Assembly (NCBI GenBank): GCA_951406725.2
Contig: OX597820.1
Location: 119,908,001-119,972,000 of the forward strand
Direction: 5' to 3'
DNA from: Octopus vulgaris
Taxonomy: Eukaryota
DNA: 64,000 nt
The position numbers and the translations under genes were made by a program. Below the pieces are notes generated by a model. It searched no databases. It was not told where the DNA came from and saw only the letters and a program-made list of their open reading frames with translations. Shown here piece by piece: positions 26,276-37,982 of the stretch (position 1 is the stretch's first letter; each line of letters begins with the position of its first letter).

Positions 26276-26291
26276 TATGATTATTATTATT

Positions 26292-26700
26292 AGTTTTACT
26301 TCTTCTATTTTAACTCCATTTCTAGCCGAGGGTTGTCTCGACAAATAGGGCTAAGTTATCGATCTCACAGCGAAAAAGCTTTTAACAATACACGTGACGT
26401 ACCAGTTAAAACAATCATTTGCATTTCTTGCAGGGCGTGTATACCAGGGATCATTCTCAAATAATTTTTAGTTCCTTCTTGACCATTCAATGCGCTTCGA
26501 TAATCTCTAGTACTTTAGTTGTTTTGAGATGCCACAATTTTCGAATTCAATGTGCAAATCTTTATATTTTCTGAACTTGTCAAATTCTTTTACCAAAATA
26601 TTTTGATCACAAGCAATGCTTATGACAATCAATATATAACATTTATTATTTTCTTCTTTTAAAACAGTATCTGGTGTAGTAGACATGATGGTTCTGTCCT
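26292..26700 (-). mobile_element. Degenerate R4/Dong 3' fragment
   Basis: PDTVLKE...ISIACDQNILVKEFDKFRKYKDLHIE...MIPGIHALQEMQMIVLTGTSRVLLKAFSL*. Carries the conserved 3' UTR motif. Confidence 0.75.
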
Positions 26701-26814
26701 TATGTAGATAGCGTATTCTGTAGGGCTGCAAATAATGATGGCTTAGGTTGTTCACAATTGAAACTAATCGACTACACATAGCATAAAATGGTGATCTTTA
26801 CAGTAAACTTAGAT

Positions 26815-27190
26815 AGGCTCCAAAGATAGGGACCCCGTTACCGAAAACTAAACGCGTCCGTTATGGAGCGCAAAGTGTTTTCATAGACTGGATTAGTGAA
26901 TTAGTTAAAAATAAATGGTAGTTCTCCCTCAAAATAGCAATTAGGATAGAATCGATAAGATTTATCAAAGGACTAGCGCTAAAAAGAAATAGGAAGTTAG
27001 ATGAGACATTTAGAAAAGGCATTGCGACCGATGTGTTCGCAGCGATATTGGTACTCGACCTATTCTTCAAAGCGAAACACGAAAGCTGTGTCATCAAAGC
27101 TAGGGCACGTACACTTAGACACGAAGGGAGGAAAGTCTATGGGTAAGCCCGAGTGGCAGAGGGACGGCATGACAATAAAGCCGCAACCCG
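26815..27190 (+). mobile_element. Degenerate L1/Tx1-clade ORF2 fragment
   Basis: GPRYRKLNAS (GPGYWKLN motif)...LKIAIRIESIRF...AKHESCVIKARARTLRHEG. Confidence 0.6.
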
Positions 27191-27510
27191 ATCTTCACCT
27201 GACCACGGCGGGCACGCGTCTTTTCTTGATTGTTACTTTTTGGCATTAACATTTTTCTACATCACCTTTGTAACTCAACATCCGAGTGGTACAAATTCTG
27301 GACAGTTATGATTTCGCGGTCATCCACATTAGCTTTTATTGATATTTTTGTTGTTCATACCACTGTTTAAAAGGTTTTGTCACTTTGGCTGCTGGCGTTG
27401 TTGTTATTGCTGTCAATGCTACAATCGCAGCTGCTAGTTTTGGTGTTGTTGTTATTGTTGTTATTGTTAAGTAACAGGACAGGTAAGGGTGATTAGGTGA
27501 TGGTCTAGGG

Positions 27511-27730
27511 CAGTGCTTTTCAAACTTTTTGCTGGAGCGGAACCCCAAGGAAACATTCCACTGGCTCGAGGAACCCCTGTGCAATAATTTAATAGTCTTA
27601 TGCACACATATCTGCACAGGAAAATTAAAAAATTACTGCCAATTTTAGCAGTTTTGTAACTTCTTGCAGAACCCCTGGACTGTTCTGGCGGAACCCTAAG
27701 GTTCCGCGGAACCCTGGTTGAAAACTACTG
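27511..27730. mobile_element. hAT (Charlie-like) MITE
   Basis: TIRs CAGTGCTTTTCAA / TTGAAAACTACTG. 8-bp TSD GTCTAGGG at 27503-27510 and 27731-27738. Confidence 0.92.
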
Positions 27731-28577
27731 GTCTAGGGCTTAGGAGCGGGGGACCCCAGACCTTGGAAAAAAAAACCAAAAAAACTTTGGTCGTCTTGTT
27801 GTAGCCGAGGGCTCTTCGTCGACGCCCGACACCACTGGAAGGTGGTCCTCGAAGTCGCTGGAAATGGAGATCTCCAGGTCCAAATTCTTGGAGGGCTGGT
27901 GTTCCTGTTGCTGCACTTAATTGCGTTGTGGTTGCATATTGCCGCTGGTGGTGTCACAATTGACCTCACGGAATTTATTTCCGTAGTCTGCTTGCCTGCA
28001 GAGTATTATTCTGTCAGAAATCCCATTTCCACATTACCGTATTTATCTCGTGGTACAGTAACATTTGGCGCCCTGCATTCGTATCAGTTACGTTTCTATA
28101 TGCTTCTGGTTTGCTTGAACTATTTTACCATTCCTATTGTTTGATATGTTACAGTTTTCATGCCTGCTTCTTGTAAGATGGATTCGACATTTTCACCAGA
28201 TCTTATCAAGATGTATTTTCTAATGTTTACAAAACTTCATAGAGTAGATTCTATTTGTCGCATGGTGTTTGCAATCTCCTCAACTTTGGTCTTGTAAATT
28301 GTGATACTTTGAATCTTTTGTTTCCTTGAGTCACCGTTGATAAATTGCTGAGAGCTGAGGTGAAATTTTCAGGTTTGTTTTAAATGGATAATTTCGCTTT
28401 GTGCTGTTTTTCATGCTTCTTTAAATTGTGGAATTCGTGTTAATTTTTGAGGTTGTCTCTGTCAGTGCTGTTGGTGGTTGTGTCGTATTAGTATTGTTTG
28501 TGCTAGTTTTCCCTTTTCCCATTTCTATTGTTTTCGACAGTGTTTTTATTGTTTTTTTAACAGAAAAATAAGATTAA

Positions 28578-28884
28578 CCCCTTACCCAACAATTATTTTG
28601 AAAATAAATGTATTTTTTCAGACATATTTTTTAATTGTTTTATTTTACTATGTTTGAAAGGTGATTTCGAGGTATATTTCAAACCTTATTTATTATGAAT
28701 TTTAATTCAATAATATTGATTTTAAATTACCGCTTTGGGCAGAAACGAGTTAACCCGTTTTTAGACGAAGGAACTCGTTTGCTGTCGATTTTGGCGAGTC
28801 TATCTTTTGACGAGTTAACTCGCCGGAGATAGAAAAAAACGATTTCGGTCAAAACGAATATATTCGTTTCTGCCGGGTAAGGGG
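28578..28884. mobile_element. piggyBac-like MITE
   Basis: TTAA on both sides (28574-28577, 28885-28888). TIRs CCCCTTACCCaaCA / TGccGGGTAAGGGG. Confidence 0.8.
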
Positions 28885-29088
28885 TTAAGAATAAGAATAA
28901 GGATAATACACTAAATTAATTTTGGGGCATTTGTCATTTAGCGCAAATTCATAAATACTGCATTTCAAATATATCTTTTTTAAATTTTGAGGTGAAGATT
29001 ATATGGTGTTGCAAAATAGAGGTTGTTTAAAATATTTGTGGAAAGCACAAACATAATTCCACATCTTTCTTTTCCTTTTGTTTTATTT

Positions 29089-29156
29089 TCTCAAGAAAAT
29101 TTTCTCACAGAATGCAGAATGTTCCTTCCGCATTCTGTGAGAAAATTTTCTTGAGA
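29089..29156. other. Perfect 27-bp-stem hairpin (68 nt)
   Basis: TCTCAAGAAAATTTTCTCACAGAATGC (29089-29115) is the exact reverse complement of 29130-29156. Confidence 0.9.
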
Positions 29157-29999
29157 CTGTGGAGGGAGCATCCACATACTGAGGGTTGTTCATGTGGAAG
29201 AATTGGTAAATAGTCTCAAATAGTCTAATTGTGCGAACTTTTCCCCAATTATTAAGTTGCTCGGAAAGTGTTAATATATTTCTATGGCACCCTGAGTTCA
29301 AAATATTTTCGATATTTCTTTCTCTCTTAATGAACCACAGGAGACTGCCACATTCTAATACAACACTACATAGGAATACCGCAACGAAAGATGGGCTTCG
29401 CTGCATAATATACGTGATCGATTATACAGTCTTCACCTGTGGATTCTTTGTAATTGCTTTCCTAAACGGAGTATTTGGAAAGAGTTCTGATTTTCGATCA
29501 TAAGAAAAGCTGCAGCCGCTGGCCATTCGGAGCCACTATGTTTACAGTTTCCGCAAGAAAATGGAGTAAAACTGCTGTATGCCTTTGGCATCCCGCTGAT
29601 GCTGTACTTAAAGTCGATGGCAATATAACTTACATGCACTCATGAAAAATACATACTTTATAATTACTACATGAAAAATAATCAAAGATATATATTTCTA
29701 GCGAAAAAACAAATGTTTCTTATTTTGTTACTAATCTTCTAATGTAGCGAAAAGTGGGCTGTAATGTAAATGATGACTTCATGAATTCCTTCTGTATATA
29801 GAAAACATACTTCATATTTTAATAAATTAGTGTCGTCAGCATATTAATTCACATATCTCGCACAAATGTTCCTGGTTATATTTCTGCGCATAATCACTGC
29901 TATGTACATAATTTCATACAGTGTCTTTGTGTTTAAGATACATATTGTATATGTTTAACAATCCCAAGTGTCATTTTAGTTTCGCAAATATATATATTG

Positions 30000-30089
<90 letters not shown>
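30000..30089. repeat. (ATCT)n microsatellite
   Basis: Direct reading. Confidence 0.95.
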
Positions 30090-30211
30090 CCTGTCTGATT
30101 GTGTGTCTGTCTGCGTGTCCGTTAATCTAATTATCTAACATATATATAAATATATGTGTATATGCATCTGTGTATGTGTGTATATATATATACACACATA
30201 TGCATAGTAAA

Positions 30212-30261
<50 letters not shown>

Positions 30262-30263
30262 CG

Positions 30264-30278
<15 letters not shown>

Positions 30279-30299
<21 letters not shown>

Positions 30300-30610
30300 C
30301 ATATATATGTGTGTGTTTGTGCGAGTGACTGATTAAATGTGTGTACGTATGCATATATTTATGTCTTATAAAGGTATTTACATTTATGTACACTTAGCAT
30401 TCCAGACACGATTTTCTTCACCGCGAGAAATTCAAACGTTGTTTGACCAGCATGGCGTCACTTTTCATTTTCGCTTTTTACATACAGCAATGTTGTATAA
30501 TTTAATTATCGTCTGAATTTATGAAGGAATATGTGTGACTAAACTACAGTTACAACAGAAATATTTGACTTAATACATATTCATGTTAGCTACTGCAGTT
30601 CAGCGGCACA

Positions 30611-30666
<56 letters not shown>

Positions 30667-30904
30667 CAGACTTGCAAATCAGGATTCCAACTCAGTGTTA
30701 ATAACGCAGGTGAGAGCTAATAAGATAAATTATCAACAGTGTCTCGCAGTATATCTTTGTGTAATCTTGAAAAGCTCCTATATGTTTGAGTGTATGCCAC
30801 AACAAACACACATATACACGCATATATATATATATGTATGTATATATGTAAGTATGTATATATGCATATATACATATATATGTATGTGTCTATATATATG
30901 TGTA

Positions 30905-30981
<77 letters not shown>

Positions 30982-31195
30982 TATATATGTATGTGTGTAT
31001 AAATGGTGAATATACATATGTATAAATGCATGATATATTTATTTACTTCCAGAAATACTCATGCAAACACACGCAAGAAATCACGAGCGTATAGACAAAT
31101 GCATTTATAGGTATTCATGTATGTATACATGTATATACCTTCGTACACGCACACACGCTCACACATACAGATGTGTGTATGTGTGTGTATGTATG

Positions 31196-31263
<68 letters not shown>

Positions 31264-31643
31264 TATAAGTAATCTTCGTAGCCACTTCAATATGGCTGTC
31301 GATTCGAACATATATATATATATATATATACATATATATGTGTGTGTTTGTGCGAGTGACTGATTAAATGTGTGTACGTATGCATATATTTATGTCTTAT
31401 AAAGGTATTTACATTTATGTACACTTAGCATTCCAGACACGATTTTCTTCACCGCGAGAAATTCAAACGTTGTTTGACCAGCATGGCGTCACTTTTCATT
31501 TTCGCTTTTTACATACAGCAATGTTGTATAATTTAATTATCGTCTGAATTTATGAAGGAATATGTGTGACTAAACTACAGTTACAACAGAAATATTTGAC
31601 TTAATACATATTCATGTTAGCTACTGCAGTTCAGCGGCACAAT

Positions 31644-31694
<51 letters not shown>

Positions 31695-31926
31695 CAGACT
31701 TGCAAATCAGGATTCCAACTCAGTGTTAATAACGCAGGTGAGAGCTAATAAGATAAATTATCAACAGTGTCTCGCAGTATATCTTTGTGTAATCTTGAAA
31801 AGCTCCTATATGTTTGAGTGTATGCCACAACAAACACACATATACACGCATATATATATATATATGTATGTATATATGTAAGTATGTATATATATGCATA
31901 TATACATATATATGTATGTGTCTATA

Positions 31927-32011
<85 letters not shown>

Positions 32012-32232
32012 ATAAATGGTGAATATACATATGTATAAATGCATGATATATTTATTTACTTCCAGAAATACTCATGCAAACACGTATGTATGTACGCAAG
32101 AAATCACGAGCGTATAGACAAATGCATTTATAGGTATTCATGTATGTATACATGTATATACCTTCGTACACGCACACACGCTCACACATACAGATGTGTG
32201 TATGTGTGTGTATGTATGTATGTATGTATATA

Positions 32233-32294
<62 letters not shown>

Positions 32295-32340
32295 TATAAG
32301 TAATCTTCGTAGCCACTTCAATATGGCTGTCGATTCGAAC
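30279..32340. repeat. Tandem duplication, period 1031 bp, two copies
   Basis: GCGAGTGAC at 30321 and 31352. GATTCGAAC ends at 31309 and 32340. The unique sequence is essentially identical and differences are confined to microsatellites. Confidence 0.95.
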
Positions 32341-32612
32341 GGATTTTACTAAGGTTTTGTAACCCCAAGAGGATATCTTCTCTAGCTGGTTAACGATGCA
32401 GAGTTGCTTCTGAGATATTGCGAACAAGGGAGCTAACCCCTACCATCTTCTAGCGAAATATACTAGGCTATTTTAGTGGTCCCATTGCTTGAAGGTCTTC
32501 GGGATTCGCTCACTTGCTCGCAATAATTCGGATGCAGCTGAGCATCGTCAACCAGCAAGAGAAGATATCCTCTTGGGGTTAAAAAATTGCAGTGAACTCC
32601 ATTCAAATACAA
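32328..32612. mobile_element. Foldback/MITE-like element with ~110-bp inverted arms
   Basis: AACCCCAAGAGGATATCTTCTCTAGCTGGTTAACGATGC versus GCATCGTCAACCAGCAAGAGAAGATATCCTCTTGGGGTT. Confidence 0.75.
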
Positions 32613-32885
32613 GTATTGCGTTGATCTTTTAGAGAAATTTTAGGCCTAGCATGTTGGATCACTTCACTCCACATGTTTTTATTTTCCTTCTCTATCTATT
32701 TCCTCTTAAAACTTTACGTCGAAGAACGTAGGCTCGAAACATTTTTCCATTTTTCCATTTTTCCTGAGCGTCAAACTAATTCACTTCCTTCGTGTTCCAA
32801 CACCAGCCTTCCTCTTTGTTTTTCTATAAATTTGAACTATTTATGTGCGCGTGTGTGTATGTATGGATGTGTGTGTTTCCATATA

Positions 32886-32963
<78 letters not shown>

Positions 32964-33028
32964 CTCGTGAGTACCGCTGGCGATTTTTTTCCTCTGTCTT
33001 CCCTTCTCGGGATCTTTCCTTCTCCTAT

Positions 33029-33063
33029 GTTTCCGACGAAGAATTCCGCTCGAAACGTTAAAC
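33029..33063 (+). ncRNA. Minimal type I hammerhead-like motif (variant core) in a probable Penelope-like repeat (~32960-33165)
   Basis: GTTT-CCGACGA-AGAAT TCC GCTC-GAAA-CG-TT-AAAC. U4C change, palindromic ACGT stem III, stem I GTTT/AAAC. Confidence 0.5.
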
Positions 33064-33160
33064 CCTACTTCTTCCCTTCTTTTCTGAGCGTTCAATAATA
33101 CTTTATTTGTTCCACGTCCTCGCGTTGCTGTGTTTTTATTTGTGTTTTCTTGTTTGGATG

Positions 33161-33218
<58 letters not shown>

Positions 33219-33257
33219 TTACGTGTATATGCGTGTTCCTGCGAATTTGTGTGTGTA

Positions 33258-33288
<31 letters not shown>

Positions 33289-33779
33289 TATGTGCATCCA
33301 TGACGAAAATGTAAATATGAGTAATATTAAATGAAAAATACTCTTACTGATATAACCACTTAAATTTTATTAATATTGTATAGAGAATGACTACAAGTAA
33401 TATATATAGAGAAAATGCACACATTTCATTTAGTGTATGTGTCTTAAAGCGTGAACCTTAACATAAACCAATATATAAATATAATTTACTAAAATCTATA
33501 AGTGTAGGAAAAACATCCAGCAAAATATATTCCCTCTCATACCCTTTTTGCAATATCACATTTTCAAAAGCATCGAACTGTCACAATTATATCGATGGGT
33601 GTTAATGATTCCTCAGCACTGTGTAAAACTCCTTTTAAAAGGCATAGCAGAATATTCTGAAGTGGGTTGAGCAAGGACTGAATGTGCACTTTTGTACCAC
33701 ATATTTAAATAAAAGTTATTATATTTCATATCTTATAGATATATGGGTGCCTGTGTCTCTATATACATACCTACATACT

Positions 33780-33811
<32 letters not shown>

Positions 33812-33858
33812 TGTATGTATGTATGTATGTATGTATGTATGTATGTATGTATGTATGC

Positions 33859-33894
<36 letters not shown>

Positions 33895-33895
<1 letters not shown>

Positions 33896-34650
33896 AGTTC
33901 AGCAAAATTTAGATTCAGAGGAATATGGTACTTAAGTTAAAGGCACCAGTATTTTGCATGGTATTAGCCATATAAATCAAGTGGGGGTGATTATAATCAA
34001 AATAAGGAACAAGAATATCCAAGGTAGAGTAGTACAATTGTTTCATGCTACTTCATTTTATTAAACACTGTAAGTATTACATCAGTTTTAAAATGTCGAG
34101 CAATCTTCAGCCACTTATAGAATTTTCCAATTAAACGAACAATGCACATTATTATCCCTATTTCATTTGCCAACATTATAAAGAGGGTAGATATATAGAC
34201 AGAGAGGTTGATTTCATTCTTAAGAACATGATAATAGTATGTTTACGCTCCGTCTGCATATTTTATCATTGTGTTCACTTTGTTATTTAGATCAGTTAGT
34301 GGGGAGGGGTTTTTATTCTTGGTTGAATGGAGACAAACAAGATTTTTTTCATTTTGTAGATATAGGAAGGGGTAGTACAAATGTCAAAACCATAAACCCA
34401 TCCACATTTCGAGGAATTCAGTTTAGATATATTTGAATGTATTATAGCAAAAATTTAGTAGGTTGAAGTTAGAGGTGTAAGGGGAGCAGAGACTATTAAT
34501 GCTCTAGAGGTTTTCAATGTCCCTTGCCATTTAACAGCCAGATTCTATATGAAGAAATTGAAGTAAATGTCCTTTAGATAATTTTCTAAATGATTTCAAT
34601 AAATATTGGTATCTTATATAGGGATAGAAAATATAGAAATCATTTCCTAT
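33895..34650 (-). mobile_element. Probable Penelope-like element 3'/pseudo-LTR remnant
   Basis: Non-coding block between (TA)n tracts that carries a type I hammerhead. Family assignment is inference only. Confidence 0.35.
34028..34115 (-). ncRNA. Type I hammerhead ribozyme, intact catalytic core, extended stem II
   Basis: Minus: AGTGG-CTGAAGA-T-TGCT..CATTTTA AAAC TG....CAGTGTTT..TAAAATG..AGCA-T-GAAA-C-AATT-G-TA^CTACT. Stem I AGUGG/CUACU, palindromic ACAAUUGU stem III, GUA triplet. Confidence 0.65.
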
Positions 34651-34726
<76 letters not shown>

Positions 34727-34856
34727 ATTTCTATTAATATAGAATCATAATTAGCTAGTAAATGGTGATTTATTTTATTAATGAGTTGTATTAAAAGAAT
34801 ATGTTAGACATACTATTTACTAACTGTGGAAAAAACTTATCAATTTAGCAAATATA

Positions 34857-35248
34857 TCAGGAGTCAATAAGATATATTAAAAAGTAATGGAAGGGAGGTA
34901 ATCAAGATGAACCAACTAATTTCCCTAGATATATAGAATTTTATGCAATCTTATATAGGAGAGTATAAAAAAATTCTAATTTCATTATATTCAAATTTAT
35001 ATATATAATGAAATTTCTTAGTAATCTATGCAGGTTAAATAAAAGCTAGTATGGTATATTAATTCTTTTATTTGGTTATAAAATATTAAGATTTGAACAT
35101 TAATAGAAATGGAAATATATATATATATATATTTATTTTTATAAATATGAAATAATTGCAAAAAATTCTATATATCTAGAGAAATTACTTGGTTCATCAT
35201 GATTTCCTCCCTTCCATTACATTTTAATATATCTTATTGACTCCTGAT
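34857..35248. repeat. Inverted repeat, ~92-bp arms
   Basis: ATCAGGAGTCAATAAGATATATTAAAA...TTTTATGCAAT (34857-34949) versus ATTGCAAAAA...TATCTTATTGACTCCTGAT (35155-35248). Confidence 0.85.
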
Positions 35249-36303
35249 TATTTGTGTGTATGTGTGTGCTATTCACGGACAAAACTTGAAGTTTTCGCTG
35301 TGAACAGGTCGCGGTTTCAAAGCGACGAAAATATTATGAAACAAATGAAGTTTTAATGTTAAAGTGAAACTAACGGTATTTGTGTGTTTTTGAATGGTTT
35401 ACAAACATCTTCCACACTGCAATTGTTTTCGTTTCAGCACATGATCTCAGATCAAGTCACTTGCTATGCAAGTACATCTCCATAATTTTAAAAAATCACT
35501 TTGGATAGATGTCAGAAATGACCTTCTTAGTTTCTCCAATATTTTAATTTCTAAACAGAACAATCGGGAGCAGGATGTGGGGTTGCAAAAAATTCATAAT
35601 TTCTTAAATTTTTGTTTTCATATCATATAAACGTATTTATGGGGAAAACATTGAAAAGCATCAATTTATGCGAGAGTGATACAGAAATGAGGCGGGTTGT
35701 CTTTGGATGTGCTAGAAACGACAGCCAAATTATCCTTAAACCACTTTTCCCTCTGAAACTTGTAACAATTAAAAAAAAAAAAACATTTTTACTGGAAATG
35801 CTCTTCCCATGGTTTAGAAGCGCCGTAAAGATTATAGGAAATGAAGTTTGCTTTTGTTGTACGTGCCTTAGTATAGAATGTATGAGGGAATACCATGACT
35901 TTGGTGTGAAATTGTTAATCACACATCCACAGACCTTAGTATACAAACACTTGGGTGTTTACTAACAAATACGGGAGTTCATATGGGAGGGTCATATATT
36001 GAATTCTGCCGCACGTATAATTTTTAAAATTTGGCATGACAAATAACTCATGTCCGTTATAATGTGATGGTCAGAAGACTCATATTTTATATCTTCAAGA
36101 GAGCATTGGCAGAATGCTTAGTCGTTGGTTAATATTTATTCCTTCTGAAACGTGGATGTTCTGTTTGAACAAACTGTATACTGCTGTAGTTGCCATGGGA
36201 GAAAGTCGCATATTGGCTTTTGGTGCAAAATGCACTCATTTAGAGCGACGACATGTCTCTGCTGCCTCCAGTCTTGTAAAGGATGAATACTCGCCTACTA
36301 TTG

Positions 36304-36470
36304 TTAGTTAGTTAGTTAGTTAATTTGGCTCAAAAGCAAATAGCAAGGCCATGTAGGAGGACATGGAGTTAAGTACAGGGTGGTGTTCATGTAAAGAGTT
36401 CAGGCCACTTGAGGTCAAGGGAGGCTTTGAACAAAACGGTCGTCGGCTTCTTCACCATCTCGTCTGGTGA
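36304..36470 (-). mobile_element. CR1-like LINE 3' end with (TAAC)n tail
   Basis: Minus PDEMVKKPTTVLFKASLDLKWPELFT*, short UTR, tail (TAAC)n. Confidence 0.6.
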
Positions 36471-36660
36471 AGATGCAGCAGTGATTCACCTCCTCGGAAG
36501 CAATATGTATATATCATCTAGTCGTTAGTCGTTAGTAGATCATCCGTTTATTACGCTACTTATGAGAACCAAACTACGATAATTAAGCTACTATAAAACT
36601 CACTGCTACCATATTTTCATTAATTGATTAATTAATTATTTAATAGTTATGCAGTGTTTG

Positions 36661-37000
36661 GTGAAGGCGCATGGCTCAGTTATTAGAGTTTCGAGCTTAC
36701 GATCGTGATATTGTGATCTCGAATCCCGGACCGGGCTGCGTGTTGTGTTCTTGAGCAAGACACTTTATTTCACGTTACTCCAGTTCTTTCAGATGTAGAA
36801 ATGAGTTGCGACGTCATAGGTGCCAAGCTGTATCGGCCCCTTTGCTTTTCCCTTGGATAACATCGGTGGCGTGGAGGGGAGGCCGGTATACATGGGCGAC
36901 TGATGGTCTTCCATAAAGAACTTTGCACGGACTTGTGCCTGGGAGGGTAACTTTCTAGGTGCAATCCCATGGTCTGTGTCGTGACCGAAGGGGGTCTCAG
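36661..37000 (+). mobile_element. tRNA-derived SINE, family C, with TSD
   Basis: Homologous to 1301-1640. 14-bp TSD ATGCAGTGTTTGGT at 36649-36662 and 37001-37014. Confidence 0.9.
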
Positions 37001-37668
37001 ATGCAGTGTTTGGTAGAGCTTTCTCAGGGGTTGATCTTTTATACAGGGAAGAGTTAAACATATCAGACCTAATAATTCATGTCCTATAATACGAGAACTT
37101 TCACTCATAATAAAATTTCCGTTAAAATTCTTATATAAATGGTGGAATCATTGCTGGTAATGTTCATTGGCCGAGTGAAGTAACTACAGCAATTAATAGA
37201 TACTGCCTTGATTCGAAATGAACCAAGAACTACTCCAACATTAACTCTTTTGGAATCGATAAAATAAGCAATGGTAATTCTATATTGATATATCTTGCCC
37301 TCATCTACTGCAACACTTCTATAAAATTTGGCCATGTGCCTGGTGAAATAAATCATTATTTATATATTAGTAATTTTACTCTTTGTTGTAGTTTTACTGC
37401 AATAAGCATGAATAGTTGAACTGCCTGTGATAATAATGGTGCCTCTACTAGAGAGCGTGGTGATGGTTGTGACGTGACCTTTTATTTTTCACCATTTTAG
37501 GAACCAAACATTTCCAACATAACATTTGAAAGTTAATGCTGTTTGGACAAATGGATGGAAGAAAGATTGGTTTGATTGATGCGAGAGATGGTTAATTTGT
37601 TGATGATGACGTTGAGGAAGGAGAGAAAAATGAGGGTTACGCAGTGATGGAGGTGGGAAGGCAATGAT

Positions 37669-37746
37669 ACCATCACCACCACCACCACCACCACCACCAC
37701 AACCACTACTACTACCACCACCACCACTACTACTACCACCACCACC

Positions 37747-37810
<64 letters not shown>

Positions 37811-37837
37811 ATAATAATAATAATAATAATAATAATG

Positions 37838-37883
<46 letters not shown>

Positions 37884-37897
37884 TAATAATAATAATA

Positions 37898-37945
<48 letters not shown>

Positions 37946-37982
37946 ATGATGATAATAATAACAATAATGATGATGATAATTA
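37669..37982. repeat. Compound triplet tract (ACC)n-(ACT)n-(AAT)n-(ATT)n
   Basis: Direct reading. Confidence 0.95.

Noticed and set aside
27740-28550. Possible decayed LINE ORF1 with a zinc knuckle on the minus strand
   Set aside because: Motifs are too degenerate to assign
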